Program-made: the position numbers and the translations under genes
Shown here: positions 1-13,344 of the stretch, in pieces
How positions within the stretch are numbered: the stretch's first letter is position 1
How the letters are laid out: every line of letters begins with the position of its first letter
The notes under the pieces: generated by a model
The model's input: only the letters and a program-made list of their open reading frames with translations
The model's database searches: none
Told to the model about the DNA's origin: nothing
From: Octopus vulgaris
Lineage: Eukaryota
DNA length: 64,000 nucleotides
Direction: 5' to 3'
Assembly: GCA_951406725.2 (NCBI GenBank)
Contig: OX597818.1
Location: forward strand, 32,364,001 to 32,428,000

Positions 1-499
1 CGCGCATATTTCCCCATGTGGTTTGAAGATTTCGTTTTTCTGACGTTTGATTCCCAGAAGACAACTTTGGCGTGTATATAGCTAGCTGCTGGTTGTTATA
101 AATCTACTCTACCTTCTTGGCTTATTGCTGACTCTTTCAACACTTATACATACACAAAAACTTAGCACAACAAATGTGTGTATAAAGTAATGTATTCATA
201 TGTTTCTAAAAAGACTCAACAAAAATTACTTTAACTTCACTTTTATTATTTAAGCGCGTGCGCACGTATATGCATACAATCATAAAAGCAAACAAACTAT
301 ACAGAAAAAGAAAGGCATTCTTTTGAGTCCAAATATGGTTACATATAGGCATGCACATCAGCAGACGCACGTGCGCGCGCACACAAACCATACCCTCATA
401 TACATTCACACACAAACACACTTCACTTGAATCTACAGTGACATTTATAACATTCTTTACATACAGACTTGTATAAATACACTACACATAAATCATGTC

Positions 500-792
500 C
501 GTGTGTGGATGTATTGTATGTATATATGTATGTGTGTATGTATGCGTGCATGTATGTGTGTCTATATATGTATATATATGCATATGTATGCATATATATA
601 TATATACGCATATGTATGCATGTATATATATATACACATATATACGCATATGTATGCATATATATATATGTGTGTGTGTGTGTATATATGTGAGCGCTTA
701 TGTGTGTGTGAGAGAGTGTGTATAATATATATTACATATATATTATATGTATGCATCTATACAAATATATGTATGTGTGTGTATTGCATATA

Positions 793-846
<54 letters not shown>

Positions 847-865
847 GTGTATGCGATATAATATG

Positions 866-906
<41 letters not shown>

Positions 907-925
907 GTGTATGCGATATAATATG

Positions 926-970
<45 letters not shown>

Positions 971-1191
971 TATAAGCATATATATATATATATATATATA
1001 AGAATGTATAGTCACACTGGCATATATAGTCATACATACACACACCGCATATTTCTCAACATAGTTTGTTAATGTACTAAAGAATAATATATATCAGTAT
1101 CCCGAACAATAATACTTATAACTGTTACTAAGGAAATGCCCACAAATTTTTAGTGCATATACGTACACACAAACTCACACATTTTGTGTGT

Positions 1192-1240
<49 letters not shown>
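500..1240. repeat. Compound TA/TG/TATG microsatellite field (representative; similar fields at 3.8-4.2, 7.4-7.6, 23.3-23.5, 34.2-34.7, 38.0-38.4, 40.3-40.6, 50.2-50.6, 53.3-53.8 and 61.0-63.2 kb)
   Basis: Directly visible. These fields account for most ORFs in the track. Confidence 0.95.
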
Positions 1241-1244
<4 letters not shown>

Positions 1245-1639
1245 TTTATGCCTTCTGTCAAAATTTTATTTAAATAATTATTTATTCTGCTTATTATTCT
1301 TTCTTTTTTTTTTCTATTCACTTTTTAATACTCATATGCTAAAGATAATGAGTAAATCCGACTGAAAAAAAAATCTTTTAAAAATGTATTTTCACTAATT
1401 GTATTCTATTCCACTCCGTTTGTAGCCTCCTTCTCTCGTGTCTCTCACTTAATTTGGTTTCTAATGGTTTATATTTCCTTTAAGATAATGGAAAACTCCA
1501 TCTCTGCACTTTTTAATGTAGTCATATTTTAGCAATCTTTAGCTTATACAGAAATCAGTATTTCTTTCGCAATAATAATTCTCTAAAAGGGATATAGACA
1601 GTAACTGCTCGATAACATAAGGGACTAAAGCCATCTGAA

Positions 1640-1881
1640 TATGGCTAGGGACAGGGCAGGGTGGTGGGGGTGTTACTATTTGGGTAAAACGTGAATATGT
1701 ATATTTTTTCTCTCCTTGTTTCTTTCTGTGTTTCTTTTCTGTGTATCTTTCTGTTGAAGAGCGTAGGCTCGAAACGTAAAAGACTTGTTTTATTTATATT
1801 CCTGAGCGCCATATTAATACAATTGTTTGTTTGTATTCCACCTGCCTTCGTCTTTTGTTTATATTCATAAAGCTTCCCGTT
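1640..1881 (+). mobile_element. Short Penelope-like-derived element with hammerhead motif, ending in a (TA)n array
   Basis: Homologous to 29698-29880 (-) and 2379-2550 (-). The 3' end cttcccgt runs directly into (TA)n. The 5' boundary is approximate. Confidence 0.6.
1746..1783 (+). ncRNA. Minimal hammerhead ribozyme-like motif (CUGUUGA core variant)
   Basis: ucuuu-CUGUUGA-a-GAGC(guag)GCUC-GAAACGUA-aaaga: 5-bp stem I, 4-bp stem II, palindromic ACGU in place of stem III. Confidence 0.6.
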
Positions 1882-2029
1882 ATATATATATATATATATA
1901 TATATAGGGGTAGATCTATGTACGTATAATATATGTGTGAATGTGTATATATACATGAGTATATATATATATATTCTTTTATTCTATTGCATGTTCCAGC
2001 CCTAAGTTCGTGGCCATGCTAGAGCACCG

Positions 2030-2345
2030 CGACTGTAGTCACATTTTCAATGGCCAATCTTATGTCATTGACTTTTGGTGAAGGAGGGATTTCGACACTG
2101 CTGCCCTTTTTGTTAGTCTCCTGCCTTGATATTGGTTCATATGGGACCTTGGATAGCAGAAAGTCAAGCTCTTTCATGAAAACATCTACCCCCAATCCAT
2201 GACAATGCGTCAGATGTTTTGGTAAGGTGTTGAATAGGTGTGGGCCCTTGAATCTCAAGGTATTTGCAGTACATAGTCCTTACTCTAGACAGGATAGCTG
2301 GGACCTTTGGAGCAGTGTATTGCCGTCCAGTTTAGAGGATGCTAT
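2030..2345 (-). mobile_element. 3' fragment of a CR1/L2-group LINE
   Basis: Translation FKGPHLFNTLPKHL...VDVFMKELDFLLSKVPYEP resembles the C-terminus of CR1-group ORF2 (FN.LP...F...LD..L..VPDEP). Confidence 0.6.
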
Positions 2346-2378
2346 AGCTCGCGTTATATATATATATATATATATATA

Positions 2379-2830
2379 GGGAGAATTCACAAAGACAAAG
2401 ACAGGTGGTCTAGACAACAGACAGATGTATTAGTTTAACGCTCGGGAAGTGAAGAAGTCTTTAACGTTTCGAGCCTACGCTCTTCCACAGAAAGGAACAC
2501 AGAAAGAAACAAGGAGAGAAAATAAAGAATGTGTAGTGGTTAGCGATCTATCATGGCGAATTCCAGACAGAGGGGTCACACAGGAGAGCTAGGAAGAAGG
2601 GGAGATAATAAAGTAGATGTGATCCGAAAACGAAGGTGCGCGTGCGTGTGTATAAGAGAGCAAGTATGTGCGTGTGGAAGAGTGCTGGTGACCTTGACGC
2701 GTGCTTGTGTGAATGTGTGAATGTGTGGATGATGGTGTGGTACTGGGAAGTGGTCAGTGCTAGTGTGTGCGTGGTGGTGTGATGTGATGTGGTGTTGTGT
2801 GGTATGGTGGTGTATGGTGTGGTGGGTTTT
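2379..2830 (-). mobile_element. Longer copy of the hammerhead-bearing Penelope-like-derived element
   Basis: Abuts (TA)n at 2355-2378. Shares the hammerhead block and cgatctatcatggc with 29698-29880, and extends into a CAC-rich (on -) upstream region like 22700-23130. Confidence 0.55.
2459..2494 (-). ncRNA. Minimal hammerhead ribozyme-like motif (CUGUGGA core variant)
   Basis: Reverse complement reads cuuu-CUGUGGA-a-GAGC(guag)GCUC-GAAACGUU-aaag. Confidence 0.55.
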
Positions 2831-4162
2831 TAACGTATCAAACATAGCTTTTCGTTAGAAAGGAAAACGGATAAGTCCAGAGAAGAGAAAATAACGGTAA
2901 CTGCACGTGTGTTGATACCTGAGGAGGCGTTGGGGAGCAATATAGCAGATAATGGGCAGAAACTTTTTTTGCTGGAAGTAATTATATTTTGAAGTCTTAG
3001 GACACAACAGTATCAGATCATATTGACCTGGGTCTAAACCATGTTATGTACAGTAAAAATTGCATAAATATATATTTTTTGATGAGACAATCTCTACATA
3101 GAGTTTTTACTATATTTATTATATATACATTTCGCTTTTCTTTTATATAATTTATGATAGTTTATAACGCATTTGAATTCCCCCTAGATGGCTGTCTATA
3201 ATGTTGCGATACCATTGCCTCTGTGTGCTACGTGTACATCCTTTTCTGTATGTGTTTATTAAATTTTTATTCGATGTATACATCATCAACATTGTGGTAA
3301 TATGCGTATTATTTTTATCACCGTTGCTTTAACGCCAATGCGATAATTACGTTAGTATCATGTCTGCAGCAATTAAAACACTAATTTTAACTTTTCATTC
3401 AATTAAATTGTCGTAGGAACCAGCTGATATTAAAAGATATTGGCCGTCATTAGTAATAAAAGCTGCAATATTGCAACTCTTTTAATCTTAATTGTTAGAA
3501 ATTTTTGGCTGTAATATTTAACCAAGCTAAGTAAAATTGAATTACAGAGGTTTTCACAGGCTTTCGCTGTGAAATGTGTGGATGTGAAGCTCGATAAAAA
3601 GCTTCAGTACTGTTAATTGATTCGGAAGTTCTAGCTTCTGGAAAACAGTCTCGAGTTCGCAGTCAGATTAAGACATTAAGAAATCCATTAAGTTAATTAA
3701 GCTTTGATTTAGCATGGCATATATTTATATGTGATTGAAAACACATATACAATTACAATATAAAACAAGCACGCGCATGTGTGTGAGCATACGTATGTAT
3801 GTATGTATGTATGTATGTATGTATGTATGTATGTATGTATGTATGTATGTATGTATGTATGTGTGTGTGTGTATGTGTGTGTATGTGTGTACGTGTGTGT
3901 ATGTATGTGTGTGTGTGTACGTATGTGAGTGTGTGTGTGTGTGTACGTATGTGAGTGTGTGTGTGTGTATGTGTGTGTGCGTGCGTGCGTGTGTGTATGT
4001 GTGTGTGTATGTGTGTGTGTATGTATGTATGTGTGTATGTGTGTGTGTGTGTGCGTGTGTGTGTGTGCGTGTATGTGTGCGTGTATGTATTATGTATAAT
4101 GTATGTATGTATGCGCATTCATACATAAAATGACGTATAGATAGACAGACAGACAGAAAGAC

Positions 4163-4218
<56 letters not shown>

Positions 4219-4570
4219 GCGGCACCTTAAGCAAGTGTCTTGAACTGTAGTGCTGAGCCGACCAAAGCGTTGTGAGTGGATTTGATAGATGGAAACTGAA
4301 AGAAGCCTGTAGTACATAATATATGTGCATATATCTGTGTTTGTGTTGTGTTCCCCTACCACCGCTTGACAACCGTTGCTGGTTTATTCACGTCCTCTTA
4401 ACTTAGTGGTTCGGCAGAGAGATTGAGAGAGTAAGTAAGAAACTTTAAAAATTAAATAAACCGAAAAAGAAAGGAAAAAACTAAATCGTGGAATATATTT
4501 ATTCAACTACACTCCTCAAGACGGTGGCACAGCATGGTCGCAGTCCAATAACTGAAATTAGTAATAGAAA
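4219..4570 (+). mobile_element. SINE family A, headless diverged copy
   Basis: gcaccttaagcaagtgtctt...ggaaactgaaagaagcc...gcatggtcgcagtc matches the full copies at 35267 and 44533. Confidence 0.8.
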
Positions 4571-5316
4571 AATATATATGTTACTGAAATAGCATTGGTT
4601 GAACGGTTCACCCAGATACATATATTTTGTTCTCCACAAGACTAGGTAGCCATCATTTATAGCGACACGACATGACTATTTTATTTCTTATTCCTATTTG
4701 TCTTTCCCCTTTCGATAAGCTGCATAATAAATAGGTTATGTTTACAGGTGTTCACAGCATGTATGTTCCCTCCACCTCTGTTTATACACGACTGACATTT
4801 TCAAGTAATTTTCAAGTGCTGCTTGCTTTGATGAATTTTCCTCCTGGTACGCCCAGTTCGTGGGACAATACCACATACTTGGCATCCTAAATCAGAATAT
4901 CGTTGATTTCTTCTCGGAGGAAAGCAAAAACTATAAGACAAAGAGAAAGAGAGAGGAGAGACAGAAGGACAGAGAGAAAGAAACAGACACAGAAAATGAG
5001 AGACAAAGGGAGAGTTTTATTCTCTAGTAAACTAACATTTGTCACTTTTCGAGATGACGCACGCACTCAACGTACACTTGTTCGCACACAAAGATATAGC
5101 GCCACGCATAAGAAATCGCACCCGTATGTATGCATATATACTTATGTGTATGTATAATTAAGCAGAAGTATTTTCGCAGACGGAGGGGAAATTTTTGTAA
5201 AGAAGACCTGTTGCCAGGGAAATACGACGATATCCACGTATATCCACCAAATACATACATACGGTCTGTCTGTCTTTCTGGCTATGTATGTATGTATGTA
5301 TGTATGCATGTATCTA

Positions 5317-5347
<31 letters not shown>

Positions 5348-5729
5348 GCCTGCCTGCCTGCCTGCCTGTCTGTCTGTCTGTCTGTCTGCCTGTCAGTCTA
5401 TCTCTCTATCTCTCTATCTCTCTCTCTATCTAGTATATACATACATTCATACGTGTGTGCGCGCGCTGGTGTCCATTTATATATATATACAGTTATTACA
5501 TATACACATACGGACATGCATACGCGCGCGCACACGCACAAACAGAAACACACGTATACATACGCACAAAACACACACACTCACACAAATGCACACACAC
5601 ATATGCATGCACGCTCGCATCTAGAATATGTCGCCTGATATATTTTGGGTTGGTAGAGTCGCGTTTTACTCTAAATTTCCTTGTTCGTGAATATTTTCTT
5701 CCACCTCTAGCTAGCTAGCTTGTAGTAAC

Positions 5730-5783
<54 letters not shown>

Positions 5784-6000
5784 CTATTTTTCTGTCAGTT
5801 ACAGAATAAAGGTCAAAGTCACGAAAGCTTCTGTTATTTACGATTATAAGTTTTGTACTGTGATTTTCTTGGAGTCGGCTCTTTAAGAAACGTACACATA
5901 AGTGTCACTTAGGCTGTTATCAGTAAAAAGAAGTCTATATATACCGTTCACGAAAAAGAATTATCTCACTTTCTCTCAAAGTTTATAAATTCTTCTGACA

Positions 6001-6121
6001 TCAGACGAAGAGCTCCGCTCGAAACGTTAAACACTCCTTCTTTCCTTCTTTCCTGAGCGTTCAATAATACTATACTTGTTCCACGTCCTCGCGTTTTCTC
6101 TTTGTGTTTTCATGTTTGGAT

Positions 6122-6126
<5 letters not shown>
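6001..6126 (+). mobile_element. Hammerhead-bearing element, subfamily 2, truncated at the ribozyme core
   Basis: gacgaagagctccgctcgaaacgttaaa...tacttgttccacgtcctc...ttcatgttt is nearly identical to 25020-25150 and ends in (TA)n. The core reads CAGACGA and the 5' arm of stem I is missing. Confidence 0.7.
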
Positions 6127-6162
<36 letters not shown>

Positions 6163-6543
6163 GGCGCACACGCGACTGTGTGGTAAGAAACTTGCTTCCC
6201 AACTACATGGTTTAGAGTTCAGTCCCGCTGCGTGGCACCTTGGTCAAGTGTCTTCTACTACAGCCGCGGACCGACCAAAGCCTTGTGTGCGAATTTGGTA
6301 AACGAAAACTGAAAGAAGCTCGTCGTGTGTGTGTGTGCCTGTCTCCCACCACTGCTTGACAACCGACGTTGGTGAGCTTACTTCTCCGTAACTTAGTGGT
6401 TCGGCAAAAGACACGGATAGAATAACTACCAGGCTTAAAAATAAAAAAAAAAGTGCTGAGGTCGATTCATTCGACTAAAATTCTTGAAAACATTGCCCCA
6501 GCGTGGTCGCAATCTAATGACTGAAACAAGTGAAAGAATAAAA
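6163..6543 (+). mobile_element. SINE family A, full-length diverged copy
   Basis: tRNA-like head (tgtgtggtaag...gttcagtccc), gcaccttggtcaagtgtctt, internal (TG)n, tail gactgaaacaagtgaaaga. Confidence 0.88.
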
Positions 6544-6688
6544 ATCTACGCAATTAAAATTAATTAGAGCCGTCCCTTTAATGTTTTAATTGTCGCTCGT
6601 CGAGCGCATTGAATCACATGTGTGTTCGTGTGCATGTATGTTTATTTGTTCGTGTGTGTGTGTGTGTGTGTGTGTCTACGAGAGAGAG

Positions 6689-6719
<31 letters not shown>

Positions 6720-6746
6720 TGTGCGAGTGTGCAAATTTGTTGCATA

Positions 6747-7105
6747 GGCGTAGTATGGCCAAATGGTCAAGAAGTTTACTTCGCAACCACGAGTTCCATG
6801 GTTCGGTCCTACTTACTCGCATCTTGGAAATATTTATCATTTTTTGAGTCGATCATTACTTTGTAAGTGAAATTTGATAGACGGAAAGTATAGGAAGGAG
6901 AAAGCTCGGCGAGTAGATTGTACATGTAATTCAATAAGACGTAACTTTGTTATTGACTGTGTGTCACGCTAATATTGTGTTTGAATTACGTTAAGATGAC
7001 ATGCGTTAGCGGTATCCTCAAACAGTTTCCTCGGTAATTCAGAAGTAGGTTAATCAGTTAACCGAACAACAAAACACTCATCGTCGAGCGACGGAGATCC
7101 ACCGT
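6747..7105 (+). mobile_element. Old SINE with an A-like head and a different, decayed 3' part
   Basis: ggcgtagtatggcc...aaccacgag...ggttcggtcct...gatagacggaaa resembles the family A head. The downstream part does not match the A tail. Confidence 0.4.
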
Positions 7106-7124
7106 TTTATATTCATGTTGTTGT

Positions 7125-7365
7125 GTATAAACAGCTAGGTCAAGGCGCGTTCGATTTCCGGTCTGGTCGGCACATGTGTGTTCTTGAGCAAAACACTTTC
7201 ATTTCACGTTGTTCCAGCTCACGCGGTTTGTAAATGGGTAACCCCACGATGGACTAGCTTTCTGAGCAGAAGTGTGACGCAATTCGAAAGCTTAAACGAT
7301 GCAAAGAGCATTGTGACCAGCGATGTGTAACAACGCCCGATAGTCTGGTCGATCGTGTGATAAAC
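7125..7365 (+). mobile_element. SINE related to family C (same B box and central domain, different tail)
   Basis: gttcgatttccgg...tgtgttcttgagcaaaacactttcatttcacgttgttccag matches 19370-19440. Confidence 0.6.
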
Positions 7366-7427
7366 AACTTTAAGGACGTAAATAAACCAACACCGGTGGG
7401 GAAAAGACACACGTACACGTATATATG

Positions 7428-7459
<32 letters not shown>

Positions 7460-7639
7460 CGTATATATATATATATATATATGTACGTATATATGAATGT
7501 ATGTATATATATATATGTATGTGTGTATATATATAAACGTATGTATATATATATATATATATACACATACATATATGTATGCGTATGCATTTATATAATA
7601 TATATATATGCATAAATATATATATATGTATGTATAATT

Positions 7640-7797
7640 GACTTTCTTCAGGTTCCCTCTACCACGTCTACTCAAAAGACTTTGGTTGAAGCGGGGCTAT
7701 TGTAGAAAACAATTGCCCAAGTTGCCCCGCAGTAGGATTGAAGCCGGAGCAACGTGGTTAGGAAACAAAATTCCTACCACACAGCATCGCCTGCGTC
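7640..7797 (-). mobile_element. SINE family A, 5' half, diverged
   Basis: Reverse complement matches the A head through the ttgggcaa block and terminates in a TA/TG microsatellite. Confidence 0.75.
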
Positions 7798-8629
7798 TGT
7801 CGATCCAATAGCTATTATTCTAACATTCTTCTCCAACTGTATGCTTGCTGTGACAGAGTTGGCATTTCAGCTTCACCTAATACGAATTAGTTTATCAAAC
7901 ACCATATCACAGTTGTCATTATCAAGAATAGATCTAGGATAGATAAACAAATGATTTATTTTGATTAGGTTTCTGGGATAATTACATAGAGAGTAATGTA
8001 CTTGATTGAATTAACTCCAGATCCTTTCTGTAACTAGTTTTATGGACTACGAAAGGACAAAAGACAGATGTAGACTCTGGAATGGTTGGAACTCAGAATG
8101 GTAAGATACAAAATGAGCGAAGGTATGTCTGTGGGATTAAGAAGTTCGATTCATAATAACGTGGTTTCAAGTTTGTTCTGAATGTTAGCATCGCCATGGG
8201 CTCACAATTTCTTTGGAAATGGAATTTAGTTTATAGAAAATGAGCTGGATGCGCTTTCTATGGGGGACAATGTATAAAAAAACTTTAACGAGAGGGAGAG
8301 GGGGAGAAGGGGAGAGAGAAAATGATAGAGACAGGACAGGGTGTGGAGAGAGAGGGTGACTGTGTATGTATAAACTTCCATAAATGAAAATATAAATCAG
8401 AGCAATTTTGTTTTCAGTTTAGTTTTGCTTTTTTTAAAATTGCATTATTTTACTTGTTTTTAAAATTAGCATTCATTTTATCTTTACATTAATACCAAGA
8501 AATTTGAAAAAGTTAAATTCAAACTATTGCTTGTGTGCCATATTTCCTGGTAATATCTATGATGGTAAAAATACGAGTACTTTCAAATTTACCCGTCATA
8601 GGACGACGGGTAACTCTTTCTTTCTCCCC

Positions 8630-8666
<37 letters not shown>

Positions 8667-8667
8667 C

Positions 8668-8701
<34 letters not shown>

Positions 8702-11700
8702 GTCTGAAAGAGGTACTGCATTTCCCATGGTTTTCTCAGATTATCCTTTTTTTCACTTCCATTGCGTGAACCTGATTAGCCCCTTGGAAGCATGTAGTCA
8801 TCACTATTGGCCACCTACACTGTTGACATTAACGAAAATTTTCTTGGAAAGTGTTGATCTCATCATGAAGATATTAAGGAAAATCCCGAGCAGAGAGGGG
8901 GTTTAAAGGTCATTAATTTCCCCATATATCTACATCTATTATTGATATGTATATCGGCAAAAGACTCTCTCACAAACACACATCTGGAAAAGATATATGC
9001 GTGCGCGCCTACACATATCATTAAGACATAGCTTGGGCTGCTTTTCAAAGATTCTACGTGAAACAGCCTTGATGATAATCAATTTTTGATTACCGTCTAC
9101 TTTAAAAACCAAAAAAAAAAAAAAATGAGTGTCATATTGCTTAGTCCCTGGTCAGCTGTAATCAAGCAGATCTATACTCAAAAAGTATTCTTGATGTAAC
9201 TGTACATTTTTCTTTTGTTTCTTTTCTTCTTGTCTTGCATTATTCTATGTGTCTTTGCCTTTCTAGGCCAACTCCTTGATTGATTGATTGATTATCGCCC
9301 TAATTAGTTGCTACTTTTAATACAGTTAATTACTGTGATTGGCTTCCAACAATTTCGAATCTCAAATGTTACCATTTACATACATTAATAATAACCTTTG
9401 AAAAAGCAATAACGTTTCGCACTCAGTGATTTTCTTTTTAAAACACATTTCAGGCATTTTTATGTATCTAAGGACTCTAATTCTGAAGCTAAGATTTTTA
9501 CAGAATGGGAAATGGTGCAATTTTTAGCAGGAAATACATTATGCTTGAACTTAGCTCTTTCTTTACAGTATGTCATTGTACAGTTGTACATTGAACATGC
9601 TTGCACAGAATGTCATTTATATAAGTTAATTATACTAAATCCTTGCTGTTGCCCTTTTCATAAACTCCACTTCTTTCTCATTTCCTATTTTTAACCCAAC
9701 TTACTCCCACCCTTTTACTTAGAGTGGACATTATCGTAAAGAAAATGACGTCAATCCTTGTCACAGACAAGGCGAGAGGGTCAATAAAGTCGGTATTAGT
9801 TTTCTAATTCCTCTCACGTTGTACATTCAAACATTCGAATCATTCTATTGGAATGATTCTCTTGTTCAAAAAAGCGTAAAGTTATTCTAAACATTAAACT
9901 GCTCACCCGCACTGCTGTTCTAAGCCCTTACGGTGGACTTCTTCGATATACATGGCTTTCTCTCTCTATCTACATCCATCTCTCCACCACTCTTTCTTTC
10001 CTTTTTTTTTCTTCTTTTCTTTTTATTATTTAGTTTTACTTATTCAAGCTGGTTTTAAACAGTAGAAACTTTTGTAAAGGAAAGACACTTCACATTTCAT
10101 CTGTCAGTGATTGCCGCCAACAAGAAATCCTAAACCTGTAAATTGTTTTTGTGAAAACGATTATCATACGGCTATTTTGGTTAGAACAGCCATGTATATT
10201 ATGAATACTTGTTGTTCAATAAAGAAATGGAGCAGTTAACTTTTGTTGCAGATACGTATAAATAATGTCAACTGACTCAAGAAACATAACTATATGAATG
10301 CAGCAATTATTTCGTCTTCGTGCAAGATTTAATGTTCTTGCTAAGATATCATGTATGTTTCGATAGTTAAGATCTCAATAATCTGGTCTGGTTTTCCGTT
10401 TATCATTGAAATGACGATTTCTTTTGGAAATCACGCTCTGTTGCGCTGCGAAGTGCGCTAAAAGGTTGCTGTCCTGAACATAAACGGATCTTTTATAACG
10501 AATAAACACATGCAATGGGCACTTGATAAAACGAGAACAGTTTTTATTTACGCAAGAGCAACGCCTGTAGTAGTAGCAACAGCAGTAGTGGTAGTAGAAG
10601 TAGTAGAAGAAGCAGCTGCTGTCTTGATGATGGTGTATTTATCGTTGTTGTAAACTCTGAAATATATCTAAAATCCTTGAGATGAGCAGCAGTTAAAAAT
10701 AATGATGATGATAATAAGAATAATAGAAATGGTATTGCTGAAAATCGGGAGGGGCACCAAGAAGCAAAAGAAAAACATAGTGTTTAAAATCATAGATAAC
10801 GCCAAAATTGATGTTACTTTTTATTCTTTTTTTGGAGTCGAAAATAAGAAATAACAGTCAAGAACATGATCTAAACGAAGTTTTGCACAAACCAAAATAT
10901 TCCCAGCGTTGAGTTTCTGTAAAATATTATCTTTCCGTGTAATGTCACCTGCTAGCGGAGTCGTTAGAGCGTCGGACAAAATGCATTACTGTATTCGTTG
11001 ATGAGTTCCTGGTGAACTTTGTAGATCATAAGGCATCCCTTAATTCTACCAATTCAGGTAGCTCAAAGAAAGCAGAGTGACTGAGAAGGCAGAAGGTCTG
11101 GTTGCTAAACATAAGAATAAGAGCCTCTTGAGTGCCTTCTGCCCAGAGATGGAAAACACATAAGGGTCGCGGCATTCAGTAGCAGTTGTGTCTAGAGAGG
11201 ATGTATGTGAGTGATCAATCAGGTAGCACGCAGCATGTCGACAATTCACGCTCTATGAATTCAAGTGAATTTAACATATTTGTAAGTTGTTAAATCTTTC
11301 ACGATGTAGTTGTCACTTCATGTAGGTTTTCAATGCTAGTTAATTAATACCTCTCGTCTCTCCCTCAAAATGCTGAGATAATGAAATGGTAGGCCTGCTT
11401 ATTAAAATCTTAACAAAATTAAACCATGTATAACATATATACATATACTACAAAATCTGACAATAATTACCAGATTACCAACATTATGTGGATTACGAAT
11501 ATATAATTATACGAGTCTTGTCGATACGGAATGCTAAACAATAAACCCTCAAGTTCTGGGGGCTCAAGACGTACTTCATATAAACTAAATTTTTAAAATG
11601 AGAGAATCTCTAGCAGGCCACTCAAAGAATCATATTTTTACTTTGCTCGTATTTTCACGATGCATTTTTCAACAATGCCGGGTCAATATGCAAATTGTTC

Positions 11701-12420
11701 GAATAACAGATATTGGAGTGGTTTTGGTTTGTAATTTACACACATTGTTGTGTAGGCAACTCGGTGAATGAATGACTGGCTCTTATCTCTCTAAAAGTAA
11801 ATTGTAAAATAAAACATAGTACATACCCCATAAAGCTATCCTGAGAAGGACATGCAACAGAAACGCAGCCACATCACATACAAAGATAAATACACCAAGA
11901 GGCACACATGGACACATTTATTTACTGATGTATAGATAAAAACACATACATACACCGACGCACGTGCTCATGCATGCACAGAAACATGTATGCACGCACA
12001 AACACATACATACTACACCACGTACACTCACAGACAATTCTTCAGCTATCAATTGTCCAATATCTATAAACTATTGCGAATGTCAGTAATTATTGCATTC
12101 TCTCGAATAAATTCCGTCGCTAACATTGCAATAAGGGGAGGTATGAAAAGAGGCATGCATTGGCAAGCACCACAATGATAGGGAACATTCCACGGAAAAG
12201 GGACACTTCCTCATGCCCCATCCCTTCTTAGCTGCTTCTACATGTTGGTTACTGAACATCCTTCAATGTGTTAATTAATCACTGAATGCGAACGACAGCG
12301 ATTTTTAAAGCCAGAAAAGCACATACACATACATGAAGATAATATATTTATATATATATAAATGTTTGTTGCTGGAAAGGGATGTATGAGTAGAAACAGT
12401 TTAGCTGTGTGTGTGTGTGC

Positions 12421-12503
<83 letters not shown>

Positions 12504-13344
12504 GTGTGTATAGGATAAGAGGAATTTATTAAATGAAAGCGTACGAAAGGGAGGAGAGAAAATGAGTTACACGAGAGGTCAGATACGCAGCCATTTTGTT
12601 AGATCCCACTCTCACTCTCTTTCTCTCTCTCTCTCCATCCCATATATATATATATATGTATAATGTATGCATATTCATATGTATATACATATATGTGTGT
12701 GTGTGAGATAGCGCGTGCATTTATGCGCAGAGATCGAAAGAAGGGGGAAAGAAAGTATTAGAAAAAGAAGAAAGACGTGCTCAGGAAGAAAATCTGAAGT
12801 GGTGGGAAAATAAAAAAAGAAAAAGGAATAACCAAGTATACAGAAAAGGGAGGAACGGGACAATGACACAAAAGAAACAATTAAAAAAAAAGCTGTAGGT
12901 GACATAGAGGACAGTGGTCATGTAGGTCATTCTACCGAGGGTAGTGGTCGCTGTGGTAGCGATAGTAAATGTTGGTGACAGTTGCCATTAATTTAGTGAT
13001 AGCAACGGCAGCCGTGACAATAACAACAACAATAGGGATGAAAGTATTGTTATTGTTGTGGTCGGTTGTAGGCGTGGTGGTGGTTGTGATAGAAAGGAGA
13101 TGAAGGTAGATGTACTGACGGTGGTAACAGTGAGGTTGTTGTTGGTCATTGTAATGTTGATAATAATAATAATGATAATTGTGGCTGTGACTAGAAGCAA
13201 ATGGAGAAAATGTACGAGAACTAGTAATGAGGGGATTTGAAAAAAGGAACTAATTAATGTACTTTTTGAAACAGCTACCACCCCATTTTTTTTTGTGTTG
13301 GTTCATTTTAGAGAAGTGGTTTCTTATATAAATGTCGAGGTAGA

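Noticed and set aside
10381-10461. Short frame reading ...GNHALLRCEVR*, resembling an Ig B strand (and recalled human PTK7 ALLRCEV)
   Set aside because: In-frame stop immediately after, no splice donor or acceptor and no other Ig motifs; treated as coincidence.
12585-12600. YY1-like GCCATTTT motif (also AAAATGGCG near 19965) as a promoter mark
   Set aside because: Isolated short motifs with no adjacent first exon or other support.
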